DNA from: Azolla caroliniana
Taxonomy: Eukaryota > Plantae > Polypodiophyta
Length of the DNA: 64,000 nt
Assembly: GCA_043228905.1 (NCBI GenBank)
Contig: JBHGNT010000158.1
Coordinates: forward strand, 70-64,069
Reading direction: 5' to 3'
Shown here: one piece after another, positions 12,014-24,403 of the stretch
How the letters are laid out: each line of letters opens with the position of its first letter
Position numbering within the stretch: the first letter of the stretch is position 1
Made by a program: the position numbers and the translations under genes
Notes under the pieces: model-generated
Told to the model about the DNA's origin: nothing
Databases searched by the model: none
Seen by the model: the letters and a program-made list of their open reading frames with translations, nothing else

Positions 12014-14317
12014 CTAGCTAGCACAAGCAACTTTTGCAGCTCTAGAGCTCAAATCATCCCTTCGACCGCGGTTATTGTATGGTGTGCGAACTCCCAATCG
12101 AGGCACTGACTGGTAGTGTCCGAGCAGGGACCTAAGCAATCTCAATGTGGTAACAGCATCTTCATTTTTATCTTCTAATTTATTAGATGTTCTATGAGAA
12201 GATTGTAAAGGAGTTTCTAAAGAAACCCTCCCACCCTTTAAAACAAGCTTCTCATCATTAACAGTATCAAGATTGCTCATGTTTGATAATTCAGTGGAAT
12301 CTTCTGCAATACCTCTCTCTATGCTTGTAGTACACCCTGACAATGAAGGGATACTTTCTGGACTCTTTTTTTTGCAATCTTTAGTCATCATCTCCGCTTT
12401 CTTTACAGCTTGACGAGGCATAACCTCAAACACAAACCTTCCGCCATTCCAAACTGTTGCTGAGATCTTGAATATCTCAAATCCAAGGTGGAGTCTATAG
12501 AACTTAAACAAGGGTACAGTGAAAGCCAAAGTTGCAATAGTGAACACTGCCTGGATGATACAATACATATACACTCGGTTCTCAGCACCAAGAAGACCAC
12601 TTAGATACCACCATATATTATTGGCCCTTTCTGCCTTGCGCTTCAATTCCCTGTGCATACACATATAAAATAGCTTCTCAGTTTACCAGGAAAACCAATC
12701 CCAGAAAATTACATCTAATTCTCATATTTTCATTAAGGGCATTGAGGTAAATCCAAGTACACAAGGTATAGAAACCTGTAGGAGGTCATTATCTCGGGGT
12801 CCTGTAGAATGCGTTGTCTCTTTATAACTTCCACAACAGCAAAATATAGAGCTTGCCAGATGCAATAAACCATCATTGGAATACAAAAGAGCCACAACCA
12901 CAAGGTAGGGATGCTGTTTACCACAGGCCATACAGGTAAAGCTCCTATCTCTTCTGTTGAATTGAATGTGTTTGTGTCCCACCATCGGAGAATGAAGAAT
13001 ACAATTCCTGGCACATCAGAAAATTAAGTTAACCATCCAGTAATGCCAGGTTAAGGTAAGCTAAAATTTGCCAATGATTAAGGGGAACGTAGAGTCTACC
13101 AGGTAGAAGATGAATGAGGACACTGATAGTTTTATCAATGGAGTTGAATACTAGACTACACCGCCAAACGATCAATGCCCATGCAAGCGGTCCCTACCAA
13201 AAGATTTCAGAAAACTTAAGAGGAGCCAATCGAGAACACATCACCATAGATATCATGTGATGCAATGGGATCTAATGTGATGTGAAAATGTGTAATTTGG
13301 ATGCATATATACCTCAGAGAAGGAGAAACATAGCATAAACAACCTCTTGTCCCTTGGGAAGAAAAGAAGCATGGTTACAAAGATGGCATTCGCATAATAG
13401 CAAAAGTCCTGAGGAGGATCAGAGCATTAAGATTATGTTAAAAAATAGTGCAAGTTTCAAAAAGAAGGGAGAACATATTCATGAGGAAACCAAACAGATT
13501 ACCAACAAGTAATAGTGCCATTTCTTGATACGGTAATAGATCCACCGGAGAGGTACAACAAAGATGAAGAATAGGCAATAGAGCCGAGGAATGTCTTGAG
13601 GAACTGCAATAGGTTTATATGATTCTTTCAGTTAGTGGATAGACTCAGCAGATTGCAAGTGGTGAACTGGAAAATTATGTGGGTATTCTACTTACTGGAT
13701 CCAAGAAGGTAGCAAAAGAGGCCAAAAAACAGAACACCAAGGCAGTAAGTAACCTATGACATGAGAAGACATTGCCAATCTAATCAATCATCTGCTTCTC
13801 ATTGTTAAATGCAACTTGCTTGAAGCCGGTGGGTATAATGATGATGATTTTTCGCCATATTACATTGGAATCCAATCATGAAGCCGATTCCAGAGTTCTA
13901 GCATTCGTGACTGTGAAAACAAATATAAAAAAAATGAGGATGAGGACAGTGGGCCTACCTTGTTCAGAAGAACTTCGTATTTGTCCACATGTTTTACGAT
14001 CTTCTCCACTTGCTCTGTGATAGCTGCGTGGGTTTTCATGGCGTGAATCTGGGGGGGGTTTCTCATGGAGAAAAAAGAAAAAAGAAGAAGATCTTTAAGA
14101 CCAACAATAAAAAACAAAATGAAGAAGGAAGGAAGGAAGCTTTAGATCTGTAGACTCAAACAGATTGACGACTCGCAGTAAAGGAAGAGAAGGGCAGGAG
14201 ATACAGAAGAAAGGAGATAGGATGTATGCTTACCAGAGGTTTGGGGGAAGGAAGAGCGGAATGGCGTGGAGTGAGGAGAGGGGAGGGATTGTCCTTCTTC
14301 TTCTTGTTCACTGCCAT
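12014..14317 (-). CDS. GPC1: Glycerophosphocholine acyltransferase 1 (GPCAT), 8 exons
   Basis: Exons (-) 14317-14234, 14048-13959, 13753-13696, 13603-13503, 13408-13313, 13193-13100, 13007-12776, 12650-12014. Motifs [65 protein letters not shown] and [15 protein letters not shown]. The first exon is the least certain. Confidence 0.88.
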
Positions 14318-14412
14318 GGATGGGAGGGAAGAACAGGGGAAGGATTGTTTTTGTGATCTGCAGGAGCAGAGGATCTGGGTGAGAGTGAGTGAGAGTGAGT
14401 GAGTGAGTGTGC

Positions 14413-14418
<6 letters not shown>

Positions 14419-14471
<53 letters not shown>

Positions 14472-14511
14472 TAGATAGTATGGAATATTCTTCGGACACA
14501 CAGTATATGAT

Positions 14512-14544
<33 letters not shown>
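14419..14544. repeat. (AG)n tract and complementary (CT)n tract upstream of GPC1
   Basis: AG run at about 14419-14467 and CT run at about 14513-14544. Confidence 0.9.
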
Positions 14545-14547
<3 letters not shown>

Positions 14548-14629
14548 TCTCAGATTGATTTTTATGTGCTTTTTATGCGATTTGCTTCTTCTTTGTCCCC
14601 ATCGGCTTTTCTTTTCTTTTTTTACATCT

Positions 14630-14910
14630 TCTCGCCTCCATCCATCCCATTCATTGCTCTTCGATTCGCCCGCCCGCCCATTCCATTCATTACTTCGATT
14701 TGTCCATATAATTCATTCGCCCGCCCGTCCATCCCATTCAATACTTCAATTTGTCCATATAATTCATTCCCCTGCCCGTCCATCCCATTCATTACTTCGA
14801 TTTGTCCATATAATCCATTCACCCGCCCGCCCATCCATCCGATTCAGCGCTTCGATTTGCCTGTTCGTCCATCCGATCCATTGCTTCGATTTGCCCATAC
14901 ATTTGATTCA
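14630..14910. repeat. About 51-bp tandem repeat, 4-5 decaying copies
   Basis: Unit cgcccgcccattccattcattacttcgatttgtccatataattcatt. It reads as HSPARPSHSLLRFVHII in the ORF track. Confidence 0.88.
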
Positions 14911-17346
14911 TTGCGGGCAAGCAAATGGGCATGCGAATGGATGGACCTTTCCCTCCTTCTTTTCCATCGTTACAACTTACTACCATGACCATCGTGCCTA
15001 TCGTCGCCCTCACTTGTTGTCTCTCATACGTCCTCGCCCTTAATCGTCCCTCCCCTAGCTTTAGATCGGATCTCGATATCGTGGATCCACATTGCACGCA
15101 TGATGAGTCTACCTTTACGATCTCATGTGGAGCCGTGTGAATTATAATTAATATATGGTATGTCACATGTGTGTGCCTCATGTGTGGTGGTAGTTTGAGA
15201 TCATGTCATGGGTGGGCTTATGACTTGGATTGGATCATGCTCATGTGGATTTAAGTTGTTCATGATGACTTCATCACGGTATCAAGTGGCGACATATGAA
15301 AGAATATAATTGTTGGGTGTGTATGCTTAATAACACATCCAAATGTTGATAATCTAAAACCTATTCGAATGGTTCTATTGATGTGTTGCCATATCTATAA
15401 AAGTTCTCATCACTATCAACATGTCAACAAAAGAGTTTGTGACAGTGTCTCGTTTTCAATGTTAATTTTTTTTCCAACCCTTCAATTGAACTTGTAAATC
15501 CCCGTTGGTTTGTTGGTGTGGTTTCCTCTCAAATTAAAACAATGGAAACTAATCCTAAGTAAATCATTTCCCTAGTTGAGTTTTAATCTAAGATGAAATA
15601 AAAAGGTTACCATTATTGGAATTCCACAAATTCAAGTACATGCAAAAAACATGGCATCGCATTTGACATAAGCAAAGGTAGGCTTGCAATTTGCAACATT
15701 GAGGTTTTGGACCAAAAGTCCGAGCAACAATTTTGATGTTTGTGGCTATAAAAAATCTTGAACACGAGGTTCTCATAGAATGATTGCCCACAATTGAATA
15801 CGATAGTATATAACAAAGCTAAAAAGGTATCATATTATAGTCTACGCATGTGATACTCCACAAGACTTATCTATAATGTACATTATCATGACGTATCTTA
15901 GATTCCATTATAGAAATTCAATTCAATAAAACTCATCATTGCTTATCATTACTTGTAGGAGACTAGGTAATTGATTACATAGGATTTCCAATATACATTT
16001 TGGGATTAGATTTTTCCATAGTTATAGATTTATTACTTCCATTTAAACAAAGTTTGTCAATCAATTATAACATCAATCTAGTCCCTTTTATTTTAAGAGC
16101 ATCAAGACCAAGCCCAGGGTGACCACACAACCTGAAACCTATTGTAGGCATTATTAGAAGGCCGATCGACCAGGTTTTTAGGCCATGAATACCTTGACAA
16201 TAAGTTGAGTTAATTATTATAGGGTTCATCTTGAAGGAGATTTTTATGAGAACTTCAAAACTCTGATTACAGATCGTGCCATTCTTGTAAACTTGGACCG
16301 TTTGCTTTAATCCTTAATGCCCTTACAAACAGTTGCTCAAAACTTAGTATGGTAAGGGATGGCTTTGTTATATCCCTAGTATCACTATGAGTGCATCTAG
16401 AAGATAAAAGCAGAGATTACCCTGGGTGGTTTCTTCTCATAAATATATGCTTTGATCTTGGTCCCATACCTGTAAGATATGCTCCACGGTCCAACCAAAT
16501 AACTATTTTAATCCTCCATGCACTCTTGCATCACTTCACTTCACTTCACATGCAAATTAAAGAGCGTGATCTGAGATCACACAGACAATAATTCAGCATC
16601 CCATTTTGCATTTGAGTTTTAGAAAGCTTATCAGCTTGGGCAGATGCCTCGTGTATACATTTATCAAATATTCAATATCTGTATGACAAATGTATGTATT
16701 AGTACACATTTGCATACACTAGCGTCTATTAGAGAAAATTGGCATCTCACACATGGCTATCCTTGTTCATCCCAAGGTTGGAAAACACCGCCACGATCTT
16801 GGTCTGATTGGATTAAATGCAACTTCCAATTAAGATATGCACATGAATTCTATTACATCACTATTTAATTAAATCAAATATTGTAACTGTCAAGCATTCA
16901 CTAGTCTACTTAATAGCTCAATAAGATGTTTTATTTCCCTCTGATTCTTGCCTTCTCCCATAAAGCTACTTGCATCCTTCAATTTATCCTGAATCATCAG
17001 ACATTATCAAAGATTTAGGCATTAAACTATTTCCGAGCCAGAATAAACAACGTGCATAAATTTGGGTATATATTTTCACCAAACTAATTGATAGTCTAGC
17101 TCTGTAGCTCTGTAGCTCTGTAGCTCTGTACACATATTTCTCTCTGATTAGAAGTAAACATAAATCGAAAGAGAACAAAAACAATATGTGCTACAAATTG
17201 TCATACCCTGCCTGTTGATGAATTATGAATCAACGGATGAGATTGATATTGGAAGGGAGGGTTCGGTTTAACATTTACAGTTTTCTAAACCCACATCACA
17301 TAAATAGTAGAACCCATATCTGATTTTCTTCCCATCCCCTAATTGG

Positions 17347-17506
17347 TTCAATCTCTTTAAACTCTCAGATTTATTTATATAATTAGCAGAACCACACCTA
17401 GATCACAGAATAGCTGAATTCATATTCAATCTCTTTAAACTCTCCGCTTTCTTCATATAATTAGCAGAACCCAAACCTAGATCACAGAATACCTGAATCC
17501 ATATTT
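17347..17506. repeat. About 79-bp tandem duplication
   Basis: ttcaatctctttaaactctc...aattagcagaacc...cctagatcacagaata occurs twice. Confidence 0.85.
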
Positions 17507-18852
17507 TATTTTTAACCTTTAATTCCATTTAATTTCTTGGATATATTGATATAATCACACAACCCATACGTGATTTTGTCAAATGAAGCTAATTCCATGA
17601 ACATCCCAGCTCAAGGCTTCTCTATTGATCTCCCTTGCAAGAGTGTGAGATCAAAATATCTGTTAACAACCTCAAATTATCCATATTCCAGGATTTTCTA
17701 GCCATACTGTGTGAAGGGCACACAAGGGGCAGGTAAATTTGCAACACAAACCCAATATTTTTAATGAATCAGGCAACGATTTGGGAAGGGTCAATGCTGA
17801 TTCATAGTCTCCACAGTAAGCAGATATTCCCAAGCAGGACCCTGATAAAAGCAATAATGAAAAACCTCCACTTATACATGTAGAGCTTAATAAAGATACA
17901 GATTAAAAGAAGCCCTATAGCTTGGGACCTAAATGCTCTCATTGAAACACTCAAATGAAGCTATGGAATCTCAAATCAAGTCATCATGCTTTACAAGGTA
18001 CGCCTCATATCAATATTATGCTTATGTCAATATATATATATATATATATATATATATTCTGCTGTACCAAAACTTTTCAAATATAGGTCTCTTAAAATAA
18101 TAGACTGCCTCTTAATGTGGAAGCATAATAACAGATATAGAAAGATAGTCCCGCATGTGATCATAAAAGAAATAGCATGTAGTAAGTTGCAGCTAAAGTA
18201 AACTAGAAGCCACTGAAAAGAATTTGTCCAGACCATAGTTGCTTATCATTTGGCCAAAACAAAGTTTCAAATTTTCAAGCACATAGAGACAGAGGATCAT
18301 AGGTTACTTATGCTGAGATTATGGTTGAGGTTGAGAGAGTTTAGAGAAGCGTTGTAGGCATTGGGCTACACTCAATAGTCAGTGAGTTGGCTGAAAAAGT
18401 GGCGTGATAAGAAATAGTAAATGATTGAGATAGTTTATTTGCGAGTTCACATGAGAAGTGATCTACAAGAAATTGGAATCGATAACATGTCCCAGGATGT
18501 GTACACATAGAGATTTGAGTTTAGAAGACCAAAGACCAGCCTAAAACGAAGTTCTTGGTCTAAAAGAAACTATCCCAATGTAAGGTGAAATCCATACCCC
18601 AAATTGCTATCGACGTAGATGATCTTGTTATCCACATAAATCATCCGTCTACAATCAATGGTCATAATTTAAGACTCGTTTGACCTCTAAGTCAGGATTC
18701 AACATCAAATGATCTACTCATGAAATTGTCATTTCCTAAAATAACGCCAGCAGTTTCAGCTAACCTTGTTCATTCAACTGCAACAGTTACTTTAGGATTA
18801 GCTTTTTGCTCATTTCAACCAATGAGATCATGTTGATTATGCCAAGAATGGA

Positions 18853-20883
18853 TCAGCCCTGTTTATTGATGTGGGAATTCGGGAAATTTTCTATCTGGGG
18901 ATTTGTTAATTTCCATTCATGACCACAGCCTGCTTTAAATCTGGGACCAATCATTAATCTTTTCTAGCAATATGAGATCTATTAAATTCAAGATTGTTGC
19001 AGTTCTTCTCTCCATTTTATAATGATGATTCAACTAGTGAAAAAGAGAGCTACAGTAAAATACTTGAGATCAAATAATTTTACCTCCAGGCTCTTTAATG
19101 TTGTTGTTAGTTTAGCCACCTCTTCTGAAAAATGCACACTGTCTTCTGTTCTCAAACTTGACTTCCTGGGTGTAAAACATATACAGAAGTACCAAGTTAA
19201 CAGTGGAGATCTTCTCTTTCAACTGAAATCATAGAAGAGTCAGTCATAGCATTGTCACCTTATATTATAGGCAGTATGATTTAGGAGCTGAAGAAATTCT
19301 GTTACATCATTCAATGCTCCATTATTTTGCAATGCTTCTATCACAGCTTCAGAGTCGTTTAGAAATGCTTCAGTCTGTAGAAAATTTCATATAAGAAAGA
19401 ATTCCACAGATATTTTTCCTACATAACCCTTTTGCATTTCAAACAACGTACCCTCTGAAAGAGAGGCTTACAGTTATCAAGAGTTTCCGCAACTTGCTTT
19501 GCAGTTTTGAACAAGTCTGTTACATCCATGTCTTCTGACTTTTTTGCCATTTTGCCACAAAGTCCTATAAGCTCATCCATGCTCACTCCTTGCTTTCCTC
19601 TTATACTTCCCTTGTCACAAACAATGAGTCCTTCGGCAGGACAGTTGGGATGTAATGGTCCAAATGATGGATATGGGACTGGAATTACAGGCATGATGTC
19701 AATCATGGTTTCTCCAGCGAGCCCTGATTGATTAACCTCAACTACTGCATTCCGAGGGATATAAACACTTGAATCTAAAACCTATAAAATTAGCAGGACA
19801 AGTAGATGGTTTTTGCATAGTGAATTTGAGGAAATTAAATAAATACAATCCACGAGCAAAAAAAAGCGTTTTGAGTTTACAAACTCCGAAAAAGAAAGCA
19901 AAGAGAAACCGTCGAATATTGCATAGGAAGACAAACGCACTGGACAGATGATGGAAAATCAAGGACTTTCACTTTCCAGTCTCCACAATGATTCAGGAGG
20001 AACCGGAACATGAAATTCCTTTGGCCAATAGAATGTGATTTCAGTTGTGAATCCACAGGGCAAACACTAAATGGAGGAAATGTATCAAAAACATCAAATG
20101 AAATGCATTTTGTAGCAGCACATATAAATGGGAGCAGAGAATCAAAATCGCATGAGAAATGGGAGCAGATATAATATCTTCCGAATTTAAAAGAAAGTTC
20201 ATCAAAGGAACTTGACACTTGGAGGCTAAAATCCTTGCGTGAGCACAAGGCAAAGTCAAAGTGGACATGAAGGGAAAATCGAATTTTTGGAATTTCTACG
20301 TGCTAAACCTACAAAAAAGGAACAGAAATACTTCTTTTGAAGACGTTGTAGTAAAAAAAAAAACAAAAAAAAAAAATGCAGGGAGAAACACCTGTATGTG
20401 AGTGTCAATGCGTTCAAGGCAAGGCCTGACATGGACAACGCTTCCAACGTCAACACCACGAAGTTTGACGGGAGTCCCTGTGGTGATACCTGATGCGAGC
20501 GGGAACTCGACGATGAACTCGTACCGTGGGGGTCGCGAGGTGAGCTCAGAAGCTTTCTTCCACACGAATCTGAACCCCACGGCTAAGGAGGCCACTGCGA
20601 GAGTAATGCCGATGCTTCCTCCCACCACCTCTTCCTTGCGGATGCCATAACTGGACAAAGATTTCAGGAGCTGCGTGGTGGGAGGAATTTGCAGGGAAGC
20701 CCATGGCCGCCTTTCCTCGCCCTTCTCCGACTTGGATTTCCTGCTCTCGGGTGTATCTTGGCACGCTTCTATGCGTCTATAACAAGGTCTAGGGTTAGGG
20801 TTAGAGTTAGGGTTAGGGTTAGGGTTAGGGTTAGGCGATCTGTTCTGGAGATGGAAGGTGTTGCTGTGCAGGCAGATCAGCAT
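18853..20883 (-). CDS. TGD2: TGD2-like MCE/MlaD-domain chloroplast lipid transport protein, divergent
   Basis: Exons (-) 20883-20392, 19781-19452, 19374-19259, 19165-19084, plus an uncertain last exon ending at TGA 18853 (acceptor at 18963 or 18858). Motifs SGITTGTPVKLRGVDVGSV, IPRNAVVEVNQSGL..ETMIDIMP and GPLHPNC..EGLIVCD...GVSMDELIG. Confidence 0.8.
20790..20835 (+). repeat. (TTAGGG)n telomere-like tract within TGD2-like exon 1
   Basis: tagggttagggttagagttagggttagggttagggttagggttagg, encoding PNPNPNPNSNPNP on the - strand. Confidence 0.9.
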
Positions 20884-21049
20884 TATTCCTTCTTTTTCTT
20901 TGGAAGCTGCATTTGGGCTGCTCCTTCCATGAAGGAGTGAGTGAGTAAATGAATGAATGAATGAATGGGTGTGTCGCTCGGATCAATTGCCCGGACGGAT
21001 CGGCTGACCGGCCATCGCGGATTTTTTGTCTGCCCGATCGTGATCGGCC

Positions 21050-21425
21050 GAGGCCCTACCGTATCCATCCATTGGCAACCACACACTTTCTGTCAGCCAC
21101 ATTGACCAACACTTTGAGGATTACGTGGGCCCTTATCGTGTCTCGATCTGAGAATCGGTAGATGAAAATGTTCGATCAAGGCTCTGTCATGTCCGTCCAT
21201 CAGCAACCACATACTTTTTCGTCCGCCTGATTGATCAACGACTTGTGGATTACGTGGGTTCTTACCACATCTCAATATGAGAATCGTAGATGAAAAGTTC
21301 ATCTGAGGCCTTGTCGTGTATCTCCATCAGCAACCACATACTTGTCCGTCTACCATATTGAGCGACACCCTGCAAATTACATGGGTTCGTACCACATCTC
21401 AATCTGAGAATTGTAGATGAAAAAG
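21050..21425. repeat. About 126-bp diverged tandem repeat, 3 copies
   Basis: ccatcagcaaccacatact...attacgtgggttc...ctcaatctgagaat.gtagatgaaaa occurs three times upstream of the TGD2-like gene. Confidence 0.8.
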
Positions 21426-23829
21426 TTTGCACATCATATCCAATGAAGAAAATAAAATGCCATTGAGTGTTTTGACGACACTATGCAGTCGCGCATGAAC
21501 ATATGTTCTTCCGGTAGTTGGTAAGCATCGCACGACTGCCCCTTCGAACTCATCTAGTATGCTAGAACTTCGAAACGTGAAAATAAAGATTTTGGGTTTT
21601 TAGTTTATAGTGATTGCGAGCTTATTTGTGATTATGCTAGAAGTCTTGATTCTATGATTTGTCACTTGAAGAACAAGGGCCACTCTTCCTTGGATGGCAA
21701 TTTGCATTGACTATAGTTTGAGACTCTCAAAGACATACTGTTTGTAGATTGTAGTGGAACTCATTGAATCATTTATATTCCACTATGTTGTTTGTGTTGT
21801 AAATGGATTTTAGTGATCTTGTAGCAAGGGTTTTATGAATTCAATACGAGAGTTTAATTGCATTCCATATGAATGGCTAGTTTTTAGTTTACTATCATAT
21901 ACACTGTCAAGTGATGGTGTCATGTTTGAAGATCATGAAAGTACTAGGAAGGGTGGTAATGGGGATGCATTGAAATCCTTCATTTCATTAGTAATATGTT
22001 ACATTCTTGAACGGGCCAATATAAAGTACTCATAGATGCCCTTAGCAATGTATTGAAACCCCCCCCTCTTTCATTTGTTAGAGAATGGTATGTACACGGA
22101 TGTAATACATGTAATATTTTAGGAAATGAGTGGACATACAATGTATATAATTGTAGCTGGTTGCTACATTGTGCAACTTAGAGAATGAATAAGTGGCTAA
22201 AGTTGGAATGTTATGTGGCAATCATGCAACGAACATAATACATGCACATTGACTTATAGTTTGGTATGACTTTCAACTCGCTCTATCTATCTATTCGGCA
22301 CATGTTACCGCTCCCATCTATTGCCTCTACCGATCTCTTTCATACATAGCTTGACGTTGTCTCCAATTCTATGTGTTCTATTCAATCAATAACAATCTAT
22401 CAATCTTTGTTTTCCAACAACATTTACTTGCATAATAAAGGAGTTTTTTGGATGAGTTATCAATGTCACTTGAGCATTGTATCCGCATACATGTTAGGTT
22501 GTACAATGATTATGAGGTTCCACTCTCATTAAAAGTAGCAAGAGTAACGTGTCACACTTTATTCTTCCTTTATAGTGGGCACATTGATATATTGGAAGAA
22601 TTTTACCAATGAAAAATGTCACCACCGTACAACAACATCACATGTGACCCGGGGGCTCAAACCAATAACCACCTTAGTCCATTACAGTTTCATGTAATGT
22701 CTACACTTTAGCCATTAATATCACACTAGCTATTGTTGTATCACCTCCATTAGTGTCACACCAGCAACAACCGTTATAACGTTTGCAAAATAATTATCGC
22801 AACATTTTATCTTTATGATTGAGCAATGAGCATGCATATAACTAGGAGGTATTATAAATAGGGAAGTTCTAATATTGTCAAATCATTTCGAATCAAAGAT
22901 CGGTTTTGGCTAAGGCATTTGATAATGATCTTATAAATCTCATTGTTCTTGTGCATACCATTCTAAAAGGAGTGCTCACCATTGTTAGAATATTTCGATG
23001 GTTTTGATGAGGGATTTCAAATTTGAAGATGTTGTTATTGTGTGGAATGATCAATAAGATGTGAAAGATTATGACAAAGAAAATTGTTTTGTTGCATTGA
23101 TTTATGGGACAATATTTTGCCTCTTGCATGTGATTCCTTGGGATGAAGAAGCATTAACTGATTATTTATGATATAGGATTCATGGTGAAGTGAAAATTTT
23201 GCTTCTAATCTTTCACGAATTCCCAAATGTTGAGATGTCAAGCTCAAACTTATATATTGAAAGCACTCATTAAGGGCTTATCCATTGACTTAACAAAAGT
23301 GCAATGGTTTTGTATTATCATCACACTCACTCTTATATATCAATAAATTGACCCTAATTTGAATGTGTACTTACACATATGTTTTGGCTTTGAATGAGAC
23401 ATTGTCGGTGTAGACCCTTTGAGTGAGCAACAAATGAGTACATATTGGATAAAGCCCCACCCATACAATACAACCATTGTCTACAATGCTTCTCATGTAT
23501 TGGCTTTGAATCTGACATTGTTGGAGATGCAGAAAGGTTCATAGTAAGAAGGCTAAGAAGTGAAAACTCCAACAATGAAAGTGCGTCATGCACACTTCAT
23601 GCAAAGAGGGGGAGGGGGGGGGGGTAATCAAATCACAAGGTTCACAACTATTTACAAAGAAAGTAGGACCTACTATACACGACACCCATTATACATTGTC
23701 TTTGTCTAGGCAAACATGTGGGAAGATTCTCATTGAGTGATTGAACACGGGGCGTGCTCATGGAAAGTCAGACGTACAAAGCATGTGTTAAGGTGGCCCG
23801 TTAACTGAGCGATAGACATGACATGCATG

Positions 23830-24018
23830 CATACATACATACATACATACATACATACATACATACATACGCAATGATCTCTAGCAATGCGAAAGAGAGC
23901 TCAGGCATATGGTGAGCAAAAACCACCGAAATGATACATACATACATACATACGCAATGATCTCTAGCAATGCGAAAGAGAGCTCAGGCATATGGTGAGC
24001 AAAAACCACCGAAATGAT
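23830..24018. repeat. (CATA)n microsatellite plus 83-bp tandem duplication
   Basis: gcaatgatctctagcaatgcgaaagagagctcaggcatatggtgagcaaaaaccaccgaaatgat occurs at 23871 and 23954. Confidence 0.93.
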
Positions 24019-24153
24019 CATGCGGACGTCCACGAGATTTCGAGACAGATATGTTTAGGCAGAGAGGCAAGGGTGTTTTTTTGGGGGGCTAATAATCTCT
24101 ATTTGTGGTGGGGGAAACGAGAATAATAAAGCTCACAAGTAGGGAAGTAGCGG

Positions 24154-24170
24154 CCACGTCATCGATCCGG
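24154..24170 (+). promoter_or_regulatory. Plant histone promoter type-I element (hexamer ACGTCA plus reverse octamer)
   Basis: CCACGTCATCGATCCGG against consensus CCACGTCANCGATCCGCG, about 235 bp upstream of the H2A ATG. TATA-like run near 24270 and telo-box AAACCCTAA at 24309-24317. Confidence 0.75.
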
Positions 24171-24403
24171 AGATAAACGATTGTGGGCCGTCGGATGGCG
24201 AACTCGGAAACCAAAGGTGTAGATGTAGCGGGACTGGTAGGACCGTCTCCTCCCCCGGATGCATCTCTCTATATATATACGCACAGAGAGACAGGCAGAC
24301 AGAGAAGGAAACCCTAACCCTAGACAAACCCTAGACGCAGACGCAGACATATCACAGAAGAGGATTTGGAATCGCGCAGAACCGCAAGAGCGATTTTGAT
24401 CCG

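Noticed and set aside
14100-14149. Alternative GPC1 acceptor at 14148
   Set aside because: It gives an immediate in-frame TAA. The acceptor at 14049 keeps the frame open.
14480-15181. ORFs of 120-187 aa
   Set aside because: Derived from a microsatellite and the 51-bp repeat, with no recognisable domain.
12014-20883. GPC1 and TGD2-like as a lipid-metabolism gene cluster
   Set aside because: Only two adjacent genes acting in different compartments; chance adjacency is sufficient.
21450-23620. Probable old transposon debris (also 1-1600, 28200-29650, 33900-34950, 43600-44800, 58440-60300)
   Set aside because: I could not identify any motif with confidence, so these are left unannotated.
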